Virus record (IMG/VR): IMGVR_UViG_3300026258_000013
Span: 1-27,616 of that record
DNA length: 27,616 nucleotides
Reading direction: 5' to 3' (one strand)
Source of the DNA: a virus
Lineage: Duplodnaviria; Caudoviricetes
Under the pieces are notes generated by a model. It ran no database searches. It saw only the letters and a program-made list of their open reading frames with translations, and was not told the DNA's origin. Within the stretch, counting starts at the first letter, position 1. Each line of letters begins with the position of its first letter. The translations under genes and the position numbers were made by a program. Shown here one piece after another: positions 18,474-27,616 of the stretch.

Positions 18474-21400
18474 ATGCCAAGCAGAATATTAAATTTTAGT
18501 GCTGATAGATTAATTACTGGTATAAACATCATAGATAATATGTTGTTTTTTACTGATAATGAAAATGAGCCGCGTAAAATAAATATAACTAAGTTTAAAG
18601 GAGAACTAATAGATCCCCAATCTAACGAAGTTATAAAAGTAACCCATCCAACCAATGGGGGCGCAACCGAAATATATGGCAGGGAATTTAAAGAGAGAGA
18701 TATATCTGTTCTTAAAGAGCACCCTATAGACCCTCTAGCGACCAGTTTAACCGATGCGGGGGATATTGATATTTCAGATATAAATAATTTTGCTCCGGAA
18801 TATGCGCCTCAAGACCCAAAAAATATTAAAGTAGTATATACTGGAGATATTAACTCTGTTTTGAAAAACACTCGTTTAAAAGCTAGGGTTGATTTTGGTA
18901 AAAATGTTATAGAAAATGGGTTTTACTTTACACAAACTGACCCCGGTGAGGGGGAAGAGGGTAAAGCGGCTTTAATAGTCCCAGCTAATAAGGTTGAGTT
19001 AAACAACATGCCTATGTTAGATATTACTGGTAGTGAAAAAACATTCGAACATTTAATTGATTCATCGTCACTTTCCGAAGGTTTTATATGGGTTGTAGCC
19101 TATGCTAAAGAAAAAGGTTTTGATACTGAGTATAGTAAAATGAGACGAATTTTAGTTGGTAACCCCAGTACTGCTAATAGCCCGATTACCAAACTAAATG
19201 TTAAGTTAGAGGCTAAATTTGTGGCCTCTCGCTTTCATCCTTATTTAAGAGCAGAGGCTAATTATGAAACACAAAGCCCTGACCAAGTTGGCAAAGATCA
19301 AGTTGGGTTTTATATCAGCAGGGGATATTCTTTTCCAACCGAGTCAATAACTTGTGAAGAATTAATTAAAGAAGCTCAAGAAGATTTTGGACAAGAGTTG
19401 CCAATTAGCGTTGGGGCAGATTCTCTTGTGGAGGATAAACAAATTTTTACATACACTTCAGAAAGACACAAGATTAATGTTGAAATTAACAATACATATT
19501 ATGTAGTGGCTTATATTGTATCTAATGACGGTAGTATTACTTATTCTACTCCCCTGTCTTCTGTTGTAACAGATCAAGTAACAATTACAACAACTCTTTT
19601 ACCAACAATAACTCATAATGAGTTTTCTTCTTTAGGGACAGGAGCCCTTTTGTCGGCATCAACTGCAAGATGGAGCTTTCAAAATTTAAGTGATATGCAT
19701 AAATTTGGGTTTTTAGTGTCTGACAACCTTTCAACAGCACAAGAACTAAGAGATGCTTTTTCTGAAGGTTTTGACGCTAACGGCAGGCCCGTAAAAGCTG
19801 GTCTTCCCGGAAACACTTTTAGGTTTATTTCAAAAGAAATACAAGATGATTTATCGGGGGCGCACGATTTTGAGTATAAAACGACAGAGGCTGATTTAAA
19901 TGGTAATATTATAAGTATACCAGGCAATGCAGATGGGGTTATACCTGCAGGCACAAATCTCCATGCATTAGCTTTTGTTCAAATGACTACCGGGCAAACA
20001 GGTTTTGCTGCAACAGCAAAAACCGTTAAAATAACTAACATCAGTGATTCGGCATTAATAATAACTAAAATGAAGCTGAAAGAGCTCAGCATCCCGTTTT
20101 GGAAAAACGATATGGAATTTGATGTTGAGTTAGATGTTGCTTATACACCGCCGAATTCATCAATAAAGCAAATTGGCGTTATATCTGATCTACCCAGGGG
20201 TGATGAAATTAATAAAGAATCGTTGAAATTTAGCTTTCGTTCAAAAAATGGAATTGGAGGTTTAAATAATTCAGACCCAGTCCCACACGTTAGCGATCCA
20301 AGCGGGTCAAACTCTATTTGGGATTTTACTGCAACTAGTAGCGCTACAGACCACCCAAATGTGGGTAAGTATTCTACGAAGTCAAATAACCCGCTTGTAA
20401 TACCACAATTATCAAAAGAAGATGGTGAAAGATATGCAGAGATTGGCAGAGAATTACGACAAGATGAGGACTACACTGACCAAATATTAGAAACAAGGCA
20501 TTTACAAGGTCTTTGTGCTTACGCGTTTATGGTGGTTGAACTTCAGGACGGTACAACTAAAAGATTTGAAACACCTATAAGGCAGGGCACGTGGGATGAC
20601 TTAGCAGGCGCCATCTACACTTCTAGCGGCCAATATGAACGTAATTCCGGGGCTCCTCAGGTAAACACATATAGTACCGAGCCTACGTCGGCAAATAGAA
20701 GGGAATGCGCAATTAACCTTACTGATGTTAGTTTTACTGCCTTAGGGTCTCTAGCCGCTAATGGGTCTAAACCAGATGTTTCATTAGAACCGGTAGCGGA
20801 GTTAGGGTTTTATGTAAGTACCATTCCAAAACCTGCGTTGGCTCAAGGAATTATTGATACAACAGGGGCGGCAATGCTAAACTGGATAGCTGACCCAGCT
20901 ACGGTTAAAATACCTCTTGCTGGATCAATAGCGGCATATCAAACCCACGGAAAGTCAAAGGATAATACTTGGAAAGACTTTCAAATAACAATAAATTCTA
21001 GTAATTTATCTGGCATAGCTGCAAATACAATTTATTATATAGCTGCGTATTGTATACCCGACCAAGAAGCTTTACCAACTATAGCGCCTTTCCCTACTTT
21101 GCTGCCTTGGGTGCAAAATGAGGTAAGGGCACGTAATAAAACAAAATTTGGGCAAATAAAGCAAGTTAAAACATTAACCACTGCTCTTGGAACAGCAACA
21201 ACTGTTGATGAACCACCAGCAGTAATAGCAGTACCGGTTAAAACTATACAAGACCACAGCCAGGTTTCAATATTTGGAAACGCAAAGCCCGGAAGCGCTA
21301 ATTATAGTATGCAAAATCCTGGGTTTTATATAAAGCCGTCACAGTATATTAACGCGGGTTGGAATACAGCACAAATAATAAATAATTTAGCTACTGATCC

Positions 21401-22331
21401 CACCAATAGAGTTACTGTAAACGCTACAGCATTTAATAAAGATAATGGCAGTTTTTTGGGGGTATTATCTGATATTAGCGAACCCCATCACTTTATTGCA
21501 TTTGCACAAACTGTTACACCAAACGGCACAACTAATACCGTGCACAGTACTAATTTTGGCGAGTTTGAAAACAATTCAGTATCTCCGCCCGCAAACGACC
21601 GATTTATTGACTTTGACACCCCAAGCGCTACTAGCAATGGAGTTTTAAACGCTGGGTGTAAAAGAGCAGAAGCGGTTGTTAACTCTGGAAATTTTGGGTT
21701 TTATATAGTCGGCAGAGAAGGGGGTAGTTTTAATGCTCCCGCAGACAATACTGCATTAAAAGCTATTATAGATAATCCTAGTGCGGGTGATATTGTACAA
21801 ACCATAACTTTAAATCAAGCCTTTACAAACCCATTCAGGGCAACGTTTAGTCCAAAAACAAACCATAAATATTATTTTGTTGCTTTTGCTACAACAACAA
21901 GCGGGAATTTTTCAATGTCCCCTGTTGGAATAATACCTTATAAGGCTGCTGCTAATCAAAAAATACAGCTTAGCGATTATATAGTACAGTTTGAACAAGA
22001 CGGATATACCTACAGTGGAAATCAAACCTCTACTGATATAACTGTTGCTACCACGCCAGCTGGAGCGCCTTGGAAATTTGAAATACTTTCGTGGGGAGGC
22101 CCTCTTTATATTGAACCTATTGTTTTTAAGGTAGGGACAGATAAGTTAAGAATACAAACCCAAGGGGTTGATACCCAAACTAGAAGTATGAGAATACGGG
22201 TTAGCTTGGTAGAAAATAGCAACGTTACTGCAGATATTCTTGTGGAGGTAAAAGGCCAATCTCAGTTTGGATATAACGATTTTAACAGTATACAAGACTA
22301 TGGTAAATCACCTTTTGCATCTTATTATTAA
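18474..22331 (+). CDS. Tail stabilization/nozzle protein middle fragment fused to about 7 FN3-like repeats and a BACON-like domain
   Basis: About aa 1-90: ILNFSADRLITGINIIDNMLFFTDNENEPRKINI...DISVLKEHP. Then repeated GF(Y)...(Y)(Y)xxA(Y/F) units. Confidence 0.65.
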   Translation: MPSRILNFSADRLITGINIIDNMLFFTDNENEPRKINITKFKGELIDPQSNEVIKVTHPTNGGATEIYGREFKERDISVLKEHPIDPLATSLTDAGDIDISDINNFAPEYAPQDPKNIKVVYTGDINSVLKNTRLKARVDFGKNVIENGFYFTQTDPGEGEEGKAALIVPANKVELNNMPMLDITGSEKTFEHLIDSSSLSEGFIWVVAYAKEKGFDTEYSKMRRILVGNPSTANSPITKLNVKLEAKFVASRFHPYLRAEANYETQSPDQVGKDQVGFYISRGYSFPTESITCEELIKEAQEDFGQELPISVGADSLVEDKQIFTYTSERHKINVEINNTYYVVAYIVSNDGSITYSTPLSSVVTDQVTITTTLLPTITHNEFSSLGTGALLSASTARWSFQNLSDMHKFGFLVSDNLSTAQELRDAFSEGFDANGRPVKAGLPGNTFRFISKEIQDDLSGAHDFEYKTTEADLNGNIISIPGNADGVIPAGTNLHALAFVQMTTGQTGFAATAKTVKITNISDSALIITKMKLKELSIPFWKNDMEFDVELDVAYTPPNSSIKQIGVISDLPRGDEINKESLKFSFRSKNGIGGLNNSDPVPHVSDPSGSNSIWDFTATSSATDHPNVGKYSTKSNNPLVIPQLSKEDGERYAEIGRELRQDEDYTDQILETRHLQGLCAYAFMVVELQDGTTKRFETPIRQGTWDDLAGAIYTSSGQYERNSGAPQVNTYSTEPTSANRRECAINLTDVSFTALGSLAANGSKPDVSLEPVAELGFYVSTIPKPALAQGIIDTTGAAMLNWIADPATVKIPLAGSIAAYQTHGKSKDNTWKDFQITINSSNLSGIAANTIYYIAAYCIPDQEALPTIAPFPTLLPWVQNEVRARNKTKFGQIKQVKTLTTALGTATTVDEPPAVIAVPVKTIQDHSQVSIFGNAKPGSANYSMQNPGFYIKPSQYINAGWNTAQIINNLATDPTNRVTVNATAFNKDNGSFLGVLSDISEPHHFIAFAQTVTPNGTTNTVHSTNFGEFENNSVSPPANDRFIDFDTPSATSNGVLNAGCKRAEAVVNSGNFGFYIVGREGGSFNAPADNTALKAIIDNPSAGDIVQTITLNQAFTNPFRATFSPKTNHKYYFVAFATTTSGNFSMSPVGIIPYKAAANQKIQLSDYIVQFEQDGYTYSGNQTSTDITVATTPAGAPWKFEILSWGGPLYIEPIVFKVGTDKLRIQTQGVDTQTRSMRIRVSLVENSNVTADILVEVKGQSQFGYNDFNSIQDYGKSPFASYY

Positions 22332-22350
22332 TATTACATTTTAAACTTTC

Positions 22351-25300
22351 ATGGCAGAGAAAAAAACACCATTTGAAAATATTTTTCCGTATTTAAGCTA
22401 TAGGTGGAAATACGACGACGGTGAATATTCGCCTTATGCCCCTTTTACAGAGGTGCAATTTTTATCAAAAATAGCTGATGATGAAGTGGAAAAGTTTGAA
22501 AATGGCTTTAATATATTTATGTCTAATGACCTAGAGTCTATCAATATTAATTATTTACCTCTAGGCGGGCCTGATGTTGTAGCTGTTGATATATTATATA
22601 CAGAATCTATTTCTTCAACTGTTTATGTTTTAAAAACAATTAATATACCTGAAGAAGATAGAATAAAAGAATATTATACTGATATAAATATAAACAAAAG
22701 AACTTTTGGTATAGCTTTGCCTAATTCGCAATTGAATAGACATTTTGACAGTGTGCCTAGAAAAGCCAAAGCTCAAGAGTTTACGGCTAATAGGCTCATT
22801 TATGGTAATTATTTACACAAGTTTGATCAAGAAGATTTAGACAATAACGGCATGGACGGGCCAATACGTATAGAGCCTTACGCAAAAAGTATTTTTTCCG
22901 AAAGAGCCTCAGGTCCTTCTGTAAAAACGAATAGAGACTATGATATTGGTGTTGTTTATATGGATCGTTTTGGAAGACAAGGGGGTTTGCTTACAGACAA
23001 AGCAAAACCAGGGTCAGAAAACAGCGGAGGATCTTCAATAAAAACAGATTTTACTTCTAACCGCAGAATAAAATTAGCAGCCTGCATAAAGTCTTCGCCC
23101 CCGAGCTGGGCAAAGTATTATAGGTATTATATAAAAGATGTTTCAACTTCATTTTTTAATTTAACAGCCTATAACACGTATATAGACGGAAGCGATGGGG
23201 ACACAAACTCCCCTAACGCATATTTGCAATTTAATTCCAAAGATAGGAACAAAGTAACTGAAGATTCTTTTTTAATACCAAGAAGACAAAATATTACTCA
23301 AGGGCTAGGGCAAATATCAGTGCCAGGACTAGGAAACACGTTTGGTATTGTTTATAATACTTTTAGTAGGTTACCTGTTTTAGCTATAGAAAATGAAGCC
23401 CCAGATACGGTTAAAGCGCAAGTACTAGAAAGAACAAACATTCCTATTGGCCTTAGCATTAGCGATGACTATTCTGAAATAGTTACCGGTTTTAACACAA
23501 CAAACGGAACGATTGCTCAGAATGATACTGTATTTTTTATAAAAGATAAAGTAAGAACCTGGGATGAACAAGGCATTGTTGGTAAAATAAATGCATATTT
23601 AACCAGTCAAGATCCTAGCGCAACATTATTTAATACAAAAAGCGGCACCGGAACCCAAACTGTAACTGTAAGTGGGTATGGGGAGAGGCTTGCTTTAGAG
23701 TTTGAATCAAACCTATATGTAAATAGTAAAAAAGTATTAGTTGATGAAATAGCATATGCTGGAAGCGGCGGGAGCCAGTCCCAAAGAAATGTTTTTAAAT
23801 TTACCTTAAGTAATCAAATAAACGATGCGGGTGAAACAATTTCAGCTACGGGGATAAACAATCAACCAGGTAACGGAGGGTTTACAATGAACGCCTCTGG
23901 GGAAGACGCTAGAATAAGATTTTCAAAATTTGGCATCTCAGAAGACGGTAAAAATAAATTAAAAGGTTCATTTTTTGTTAAAGTTCCAAGGGCAACCAAA
24001 TCGTTGTCTAGCAATTCAAGAGTTGGTACTACGGATATACCTATAGGACAAACTACGTTTAAAGATAATGGAGATGTAAAAGACTTAAATTTTGTTGATT
24101 TTGAAACAGAGCAAGGGGAAGACTCTAATTTAAATTTGTACTGGGAAAGTTCTAAAACTTTTAAGATTTCTGATGATGAAAACCTAAACGACCATGGTGA
24201 AATTAATGACATCCGATGGTCAAATTGTATAGCGACCATTGGAGGTGCTACAAACGAAATATTTTTAGAATCTACTAATATACAAGATAAATTTAATTCT
24301 ACTTCACTTGTAAAAAGCATAAGGGTCAATACTCCTGAAATTAATTTTAACGAAGAAAGAAGAAAAACTGGATTAATATTTTCAGGACTATATAACTCAA
24401 GAACAGGCATTAATGAACTTAATCAATTTAGTTTAGCTGATGGCATAACAAAAGATTTGGAACCTAATTATGGAGGTATTCAAAAACTACATGCTTTAGA
24501 CACCAACTTAGTTACGTTTACTGAGGACAAAGTGTTTAAAGTGTTAGCAGACAAAGATGCTTTATTTAATGCAGACGAGGGGGTTAATGTAACCGCTACA
24601 AATCTAGTGTTGGGACAAGCTATGACTTATCAGGCTAATTATGGTATAAGTACACACCCTGAATCTTTTGCTTTTGGTGGTGGTAATATATATTTTACTG
24701 ATGCTAAGCGTGGTGCTGTAATGCAGCTCACCCCTGCTAATGGCCAATTATTTCCAATTAGCAGTAACGGTATGAGCAACTTTTTTAGGGATAGAATTGG
24801 CACTGCTAATAAGCTAATAGGGGCCTATGATAGAACTAAAAGGACCTATGTGGTATCAATGCAAGGGTACAATGAATTAGATCCCGCTATTGGCTCTGAA
24901 ACATTTCCTAACGAAATAACGAACGCAACATTAGGATATAGTTTTCGCTCCAAAAGTTGGACAAGTAGGTATTCCTTTATACCCGAAACTGGATTAACTT
25001 TAAATAATAAGTTTTACACTTTTAAAGGGGGTAAAATCTATTTGCATAATTCAGATACATCGGGAAGAAATAATTTTTATGGTGTGCAGTATAATTCTGA
25101 AGTGGAGATAATTTTTAATGATAACCCCACATACATATCAGATTATTTATCTATGAATTACGAGGGCAGCCAAAATTGGGAAATAGTAAGTATACTAGCG
25201 GATCAAGAAGAAAATATTATAACAAACGCTAGGATAATGGATAATTTATGGTTCTTTAAAGAAGGTAAATATCACGCCTCAATTGTTGGAACCGTACCTG

Positions 25301-25488
25301 TATTTATTGTAGAACCAGGGTCTAGTCCTAACGCAGATGGATTTTACCCTTTAATACAGGATTCAACAAACACGCAAGATGTTGCTGGAGTAAAAGGATT
25401 TTTTGCTAAAGTAAGGTTTAAAAACCCTGATACTGATAAACGAGAATTATTTGCAATAACAACAGAATATTATATTAGTCAAACTTAA
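22351..25488 (+). CDS. Tail stabilization/nozzle protein main (C-terminal) fragment
   Basis: FPYLSYRWKYDDGEYSPYAPF, VPRKAKAQEFTANRLIYGNY, IGVVYMDRFGRQ, FSGLYNSRTGINELNQF, YGISTHPESFA, YFTDAKRGAV, WTSRYSF, KEGKY, ELFAI: beta-propeller nozzle motifs. Confidence 0.75.
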   Translation: MAEKKTPFENIFPYLSYRWKYDDGEYSPYAPFTEVQFLSKIADDEVEKFENGFNIFMSNDLESININYLPLGGPDVVAVDILYTESISSTVYVLKTINIPEEDRIKEYYTDININKRTFGIALPNSQLNRHFDSVPRKAKAQEFTANRLIYGNYLHKFDQEDLDNNGMDGPIRIEPYAKSIFSERASGPSVKTNRDYDIGVVYMDRFGRQGGLLTDKAKPGSENSGGSSIKTDFTSNRRIKLAACIKSSPPSWAKYYRYYIKDVSTSFFNLTAYNTYIDGSDGDTNSPNAYLQFNSKDRNKVTEDSFLIPRRQNITQGLGQISVPGLGNTFGIVYNTFSRLPVLAIENEAPDTVKAQVLERTNIPIGLSISDDYSEIVTGFNTTNGTIAQNDTVFFIKDKVRTWDEQGIVGKINAYLTSQDPSATLFNTKSGTGTQTVTVSGYGERLALEFESNLYVNSKKVLVDEIAYAGSGGSQSQRNVFKFTLSNQINDAGETISATGINNQPGNGGFTMNASGEDARIRFSKFGISEDGKNKLKGSFFVKVPRATKSLSSNSRVGTTDIPIGQTTFKDNGDVKDLNFVDFETEQGEDSNLNLYWESSKTFKISDDENLNDHGEINDIRWSNCIATIGGATNEIFLESTNIQDKFNSTSLVKSIRVNTPEINFNEERRKTGLIFSGLYNSRTGINELNQFSLADGITKDLEPNYGGIQKLHALDTNLVTFTEDKVFKVLADKDALFNADEGVNVTATNLVLGQAMTYQANYGISTHPESFAFGGGNIYFTDAKRGAVMQLTPANGQLFPISSNGMSNFFRDRIGTANKLIGAYDRTKRTYVVSMQGYNELDPAIGSETFPNEITNATLGYSFRSKSWTSRYSFIPETGLTLNNKFYTFKGGKIYLHNSDTSGRNNFYGVQYNSEVEIIFNDNPTYISDYLSMNYEGSQNWEIVSILADQEENIITNARIMDNLWFFKEGKYHASIVGTVPVFIVEPGSSPNADGFYPLIQDSTNTQDVAGVKGFFAKVRFKNPDTDKRELFAITTEYYISQT

Positions 25489-25497
25489 TTAAATTTA

Positions 25498-25902
25498 ATG
25501 CAATTACAAGTAAGAAAATTAATTGAAAAAGATTGGGACTTCCTGCCTTCGTGGTGGGAAGCATACAATCAACCAGTACCACAAAGAGACTTTTTGCCAG
25601 ATAATGGTTTAGGTGGCTTTATGGTATGTAAAGAACATGACCCTATTGCGGCTATGTTCCTTTATACAACGAATTCAAAGACTGCAATTCCAGCTATAGT
25701 TATCTCAGACAAGTATTATAAAGATAATGATAGAAGTGACGCATTACAGTTATTGGTGAACTTTACAACAGATTTTGCAAAAGATATGGGGTACAAGTAT
25801 TCATTTGCTTGGGCAAAACCAGGCATATTATTAGAAAAATATAAACAATCAGGATTCACGGTGGATAAAACACCGAGTTATGAATTAATAATACAATACT
25901 AA
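25498..25902 (+). CDS. GNAT-fold acetyltransferase-like protein
   Basis: 134 aa. VRKL..KDW N-terminus, AKDMGYKYSFAW...LLEKYKQSGF C-terminal GNAT-like motif. Positioned after the nozzle, like T7 gp13. Confidence 0.55.
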   Translation: MQLQVRKLIEKDWDFLPSWWEAYNQPVPQRDFLPDNGLGGFMVCKEHDPIAAMFLYTTNSKTAIPAIVISDKYYKDNDRSDALQLLVNFTTDFAKDMGYKYSFAWAKPGILLEKYKQSGFTVDKTPSYELIIQY

Positions 25903-25904
25903 AT

Positions 25905-26606
25905 ATGGGATCAATAATAAGTGGAGTAGGACAAATAGCTGGTTCTTTAGTAGGAGGTGGAAAAAGAAGGGCCGAACAAAGGGACGCCACATCCGAATTT
26001 CAAGCTCAAAAGCAGGCATTTCAAGATTTTCAATTTCAAAATACATATGCTGGTCTTGAAAATGTTGCAGAAGATTTAACTGTAAATCAACAAGCGTCAC
26101 AATTCCAAGCACAACAAACAGACGCTGCATTAGCACAGTCTATGCAAGCAGCAATTGCTTCAGGCGGAGCACCCGGAGGCGCCCAAGCTATAGCGCAAGC
26201 AGCTTTACAATCTAAAGCAGGCATATCAGCAGATTTAGCAAGACAAGAACAAGCTAATGAAATGGCACGGGTGAAAGCGGAGCAACAATTACAGCAAGAC
26301 GAAGCAGCTGGTGCAGATGTTCTACAAACTAGACAATATGACCAATCTCAGCAATTGCTGAATATGGCAGCAGATAGAAAGCGAATGGCGGATGCTGCAA
26401 GAGCTCAAGCAACACAACAATTAGTTGGAGGGATTGGGGAGCTAGCGGGTGGTATAGCTACATTCGGAGCTGCAGACGGGTTTAAGCACCTTAAAAACTT
26501 AGGAGATGGCTCTACCTTAGGTGATGTATTTAAAGCGGGTGCAGGCCCTATGTCCATGATAGATCAATTACTTGCAGCAAAAATTAACCAGATGAATAGA
26601 CAATAA
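25905..26606 (+). CDS. Putative internal virion / DNA ejection protein
   Basis: Gly-rich hydrophobic N-terminal helix, Gln/Ala-rich coiled coil, second Gly-rich helix LVGGIGELAGGIATFGAA; resembles P22 gp7 / T7 gp14-type proteins. Confidence 0.55.
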   Translation: MGSIISGVGQIAGSLVGGGKRRAEQRDATSEFQAQKQAFQDFQFQNTYAGLENVAEDLTVNQQASQFQAQQTDAALAQSMQAAIASGGAPGGAQAIAQAALQSKAGISADLARQEQANEMARVKAEQQLQQDEAAGADVLQTRQYDQSQQLLNMAADRKRMADAARAQATQQLVGGIGELAGGIATFGAADGFKHLKNLGDGSTLGDVFKAGAGPMSMIDQLLAAKINQMNRQ

Positions 26607-27616
26607 TGGCAAAATTTGGAACTATACACAATTGGCTAGACTACGATAGTATTCGTATGGCCGGCGTAACAAAAGAAATGGCCAATATTGTTGGCAAAAG
26701 CATTGGAGCCGCTAGCGTTTTAGGCGGAGAGGTTGTAGATCAAGCTTTTAGAAACTACGAAACTAAAGAGAAAGGAAGCTCATTTGGAGACGACGAAACT
26801 ACTTTGCAAAATGAAGATGAACAACAAAAAGATTACGTATCTAATACCGGCGATACTGGATCTAGTGTTGAAGAAAATGTGCATGATGGGGATCCGCACT
26901 TCAACCCTACCGATACAACTGAAGAGGTATCAAACAAAGTTTCTTTTGACAACAAAACTACTTCGCAAAATCAAGATGAAGAAGTAGTTGAAGAAGAAGT
27001 AGTTGAAGAAGAAGTAGTTGAAGAAGGGCGGTCAATTTGGGATAAGGTATATGATAGTCTGAATGCTGGTAACGCATACCCTACAGTAGATGGTAAGTAC
27101 ACGCCAGCAAAGGGTTGGTTGGGATCCTTGGGTTTCACTAATAAAACCGTCCAACACAATGCAAAATTGGGTACAGTTGGAAGAATTGCAGACCAGTTTA
27201 AAACTTACGGAGACCATAAAGACCAACTTAAGTTTTTAGGGTCTTTACCTAAAAGCGAGTTGGAGTATTTTGCTAAAATACTTAAGATATCCCCAAATAA
27301 AATAACAAAAATGATAGCTAGGCAAGAAGAGATGGAGGAGCAAGGAATAGCGCGAAAATTAGCACCACCTGTAGGCTTCAAAGATTTAGCAAAACAAATT
27401 AGCAACCTTGACCCGACTATGAGAGTGTTAGGGAGTAATCCAAATCCACCAACAAACCGTTTAAACCTTGCGGATTCTCCAAGTAAAACTCCTTTTCCAA
27501 GGTTGTCACCGCTGGGTAGATACAAGGAAACTCCGCTGAACCAAATGCAAGACATGCTAGAATATGGGACTATATCCGAGGCTAGCATGCCCGATTATTT
27601 AGGTAGTATTGGCAAA
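26606..27616 (+). CDS. Putative internal virion protein, 3'-truncated by the window (not in the ORF track)
   Basis: ATG overlaps the upstream stop (TAATG). The frame is open to the window end: MAKFGTIHNWLDYDSIRMAG...EEVVEEEVVEEEVVEEG...DYLGSIGK. Confidence 0.7.
   Translation, partial: MAKFGTIHNWLDYDSIRMAGVTKEMANIVGKSIGAASVLGGEVVDQAFRNYETKEKGSSFGDDETTLQNEDEQQKDYVSNTGDTGSSVEENVHDGDPHFNPTDTTEEVSNKVSFDNKTTSQNQDEEVVEEEVVEEEVVEEGRSIWDKVYDSLNAGNAYPTVDGKYTPAKGWLGSLGFTNKTVQHNAKLGTVGRIADQFKTYGDHKDQLKFLGSLPKSELEYFAKILKISPNKITKMIARQEEMEEQGIARKLAPPVGFKDLAKQISNLDPTMRVLGSNPNPPTNRLNLADSPSKTPFPRLSPLGRYKETPLNQMQDMLEYGTISEASMPDYLGSIGK
26978..27025 (+). repeat. 15-bp tandem repeat, 3 copies plus 3 bp (GAAGAAGTAGTTGAA; EEVVE)
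   Basis: Exact copies read directly from the sequence. Confidence 0.9.

Noticed and set aside
18455-18480. Readthrough or sequencing error joining nozzle fragments A and B, which are in frame
   Set aside because: Tandem TAA TAA stops and a proper start leader argue for separate genes.
16210-22350. Introns or inteins as the explanation for the split nozzle gene
   Set aside because: The intervening DNA encodes Ig-like repeats; I saw no intein termini, homing endonuclease or intron-like noncoding stretch.
1609-26987. Other short alternative-frame plus-strand ORFs (1609-1845, 21445-21648, 26784-26987)
   Set aside because: Short, in regions with few stop-generating codon pairs, and without recognisable features.
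2286-27588. Minus-strand ORFs in the track (e.g. 10835-11161, 23862-24410, 27205-27588)
   Set aside because: All lie antisense to convincing plus-strand genes, have shadow-like composition and show no motifs.
1-27616. Alternative genetic code (TAG or TGA reassignment)
   Set aside because: Genes are full length and tile the window under the standard code.
1-27616. tRNA, CRISPR array, DGR, integrase or IS element
   Set aside because: Intergenic gaps are under about 70 bp; no repeat-spacer array, reverse transcriptase, recombinase or transposase motifs seen.

Overview
AT-rich, densely packed, all-plus-strand late (virion morphogenesis) region of a tailed dsDNA phage, most likely a crAss-like or related podovirus infecting marine Bacteroidota/Flavobacteriia. 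This is inferred from gene order, protein motifs and A-rich, Shine-Dalgarno-less start contexts. Gene order: LamG/SPRY tail fibres with an interposed KpsC/KpsS-like glycosyltransferase; lysis cassette (holin, unannotated 52-aa membrane protein, M15 endolysin); GroES-like co-chaperonin; TerS, TerL, portal, scaffold, major capsid; head-tail/tail ring proteins; tail nozzle module; GNAT protein; ejection proteins. Two observations stand out. (1) Two +1-frame ORFs nested inside terL (202 and 77 aa) whose open frames appear to be maintained by synonymous codon choice, the first with a Bacteroidota-type signal peptide. (2) The normally single tail stabilization/nozzle protein appears split into three genes, the first two carrying long Ig/FN3/BACON-like arms, with a GGGTTTT DNA motif recurring at the same position in the FN3-like repeats. 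All family assignments come from motif recognition by eye; no database searches were run.
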